Below, one piece after another: positions 61,856 through 64,000 of a stretch of DNA of 64,000 nt; position 1 is the first letter of the stretch, and each line of letters begins with the position of its first letter. The notes beneath the pieces are model-generated. The model searched no databases. It was not told the origin of the DNA and worked only from the letters and a program-made list of their open reading frames with translations. The DNA comes from Mytilus trossulus. Its lineage: Eukaryota. The stretch lies in assembly GCF_036588685.1 (NCBI RefSeq), contig NC_086374.1:69626001-69690000 (forward strand), given 5' to 3'. The position numbers and the translations under genes were made by a program.

Positions 61856-64000
61856 TCATTTGCAGACAATGCATCTTCGTAAATTGCTGAGATGGGTTCC
61901 TTAAATTTTATATATACGAACTAGTTATTACTATAATCCTTTCATACAACTGAAAGAAAGCACTTACTCGCTTAAACTTTGTCCGATGACTGTAGCGTAC
62001 ATTAAATACAACTTCACACATCTGTTCATAATAATTGCCTTAAGGATAACCTTCGTCAGGAACGATCAAAGATAAATTATTGTAGCCAAGTATGAATAAG
62101 AACCGAAAAATCTAAAGCGCGTATATGACGAAAGAGAAATATTCAATTTTAATTTAAACCATACATCCAGAAATCCGTTTCGGACGCATGAAAAACATGA
62201 CGTGTTGGTTTCATTAAAATAAATGACCAAATCCATATAAGGTCAATTTTGACAGTGTTGAATTCTTACTTTCTTTATAATAGAAGAGATACTTGATTTT
62301 ATAAAACAAAACGTTCTGTAAAATATTTGAAAAGATCCAAAACGGTTCTAAGTTACAAAAGAATATTGATCCAAAGCGTTGATTTTTTATCAATTAAAGT
62401 CTCATAACATTGAATAAAACGAAATCCAAAAGAAGCTCTCATCTTCACGGAGAGAATACGTTATATTGTTAAAAATAAAAGGTTAATCCTCGAATGCTTT
62501 GCATTAAAACGTGATTGAACGAAACAAGGAATTCCCTATAGAATGAATGTGAAAACGTACTCATAGTTTACATACTTAGGAATGAGGAAAGGAAAGAAAG
62601 ACGGTCAATGGTATACTATTCATTGGCGTAGTAAAGCAACAAAAATGAAATTAATGCACAGCTTCTACAACTTAAGCCCAGTTGTCACTATCAAAAATAC
62701 TAGGGTCAAGCTGTTTGATCTAAGTTTTGTTCGAAAGTCGTCACTATAGAAAATCCGTCAAAATCTTTTACCAAGAAAACATGTACAAGCCAACATTGAT
62801 ACAATGTTAACATGCCTTTACATAATCAAACTGATTCATATTTGGCATCTCAATTAGTAAATCAAAACTGTGATAGGAAAATCAGAACTATTAATTTTTT
62901 TTAAATTATATAATTCAAATCAACACGTGAAATACAAAAAAAACAAGAACATAGGTCGTTTAGATTTCAGTATTGGAATTGTCTGACCCTAAGGCTTACA
63001 TGTAAAAATTAAATCACAAAAAAACTGAACTCCGAGGAAAATTAAAAACGGAAAGTCCGTAATCAATTGGCAAAATCTAAGGATAAAACACATCTTACGA
63101 ATGGACAACAACTGTCATATTCCTGACTCGGTACAGGCATTTTCAACTTTGCAAAACAGCTGAACTTTACATTAAAAAATAAGATAACATGCTAAATAGA
63201 ATAGAAACATTTTTCCATGTACACGTCATTTAAGAAGCAATGTTAAGTTATGGTTGAATTGAAAAGAGTGCCTTAAGGTTTTTGGAAATCCAGTCACTTA
63301 CAAATGCAAGTGCATATTCCATCAAATTTTGACAGAATTCAAGATACATATTCTGATAAGAGATGTTATTTCGAACATCAAAAGAAATCAGAAACTGTTC
63401 ATCAGCAAACAATATTATTTTTAATCACAAGCGTTTAATCTTATCATCTTCGAAGGAACTGTTTGTTTGTGTATTACGGTATGTTAGCGATAGACAGGTA
63501 AAAATATTTGAGCAAATTAAAGATGACGGCGTTAAAACATATTGTTGGCTAAAAGACAGGGACCTTTGTATCAGAAAATGCAGGTTTCATTAATTTAAAG
63601 CTTAAACTAAACAAATAAGAGTTAATATTTCGTGTTACTCATGGCAAAAAAGGATATTTTGTGACTCACTACCTGTTTAAATTTTGAAATTGTATCTTTA
63701 TATTGTTCAAAACGAATTTATTTTGTAAAATTAGCGCTCATGAAACATTATATATTTGTTCTGAGAGAAAAATTGATAAAATGTATGCTAATCTCATTTA
63801 ACTGATATATAAGAATGAGCCATGTTTTTAAATTGCTATTTTGGGAACAGGTATGAGCGATTTAACATATTTTATGAAATTAAGCAAGTAACAAAAACAT
63901 GTAGAAGTGGATGTAATCATTAAAAATGTTGTTTCCAACTTTAATACATTCCAAGATAGAGCGTTTTAAATATAATGAAGATGGATTTACATATTTATAG

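Overview
AT-rich animal genomic DNA with spliceosomal introns. The dispersed repeats look like those of a mytilid bivalve (Mytilus-like; this is my inference). Main contents: (1) a complete 11-exon TTC25/ODAD4-like TPR gene on + (773-19449, about 951 aa, all intron phases consistent); (2) a 4.88-kb tyrosine-recombinase retrotransposon of the DIRS order, PAT-like (26951-31827), with split direct repeats A1..B1A2..B2, one open Gag-RT-RNaseH-methyltransferase frame, and a disabled YR ORF that lacks a start ATG and begins at a phase-compatible splice acceptor; (3) a tandem segmental duplication (24565-32111 / 32112-37107) whose second copy keeps the empty integration site and carries its own solo LTR and other insertions; (4) a run of decayed multi-exon minus-strand paralogs at about 40-59 kb; (5) a small single-TM coding exon at about 60 kb; (6) many MITEs, Helentron-like and hairpin-ended elements, type I hammerhead-bearing repeats and a 28-bp minisatellite. 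All coordinates and family calls were made by eye, without database searches.
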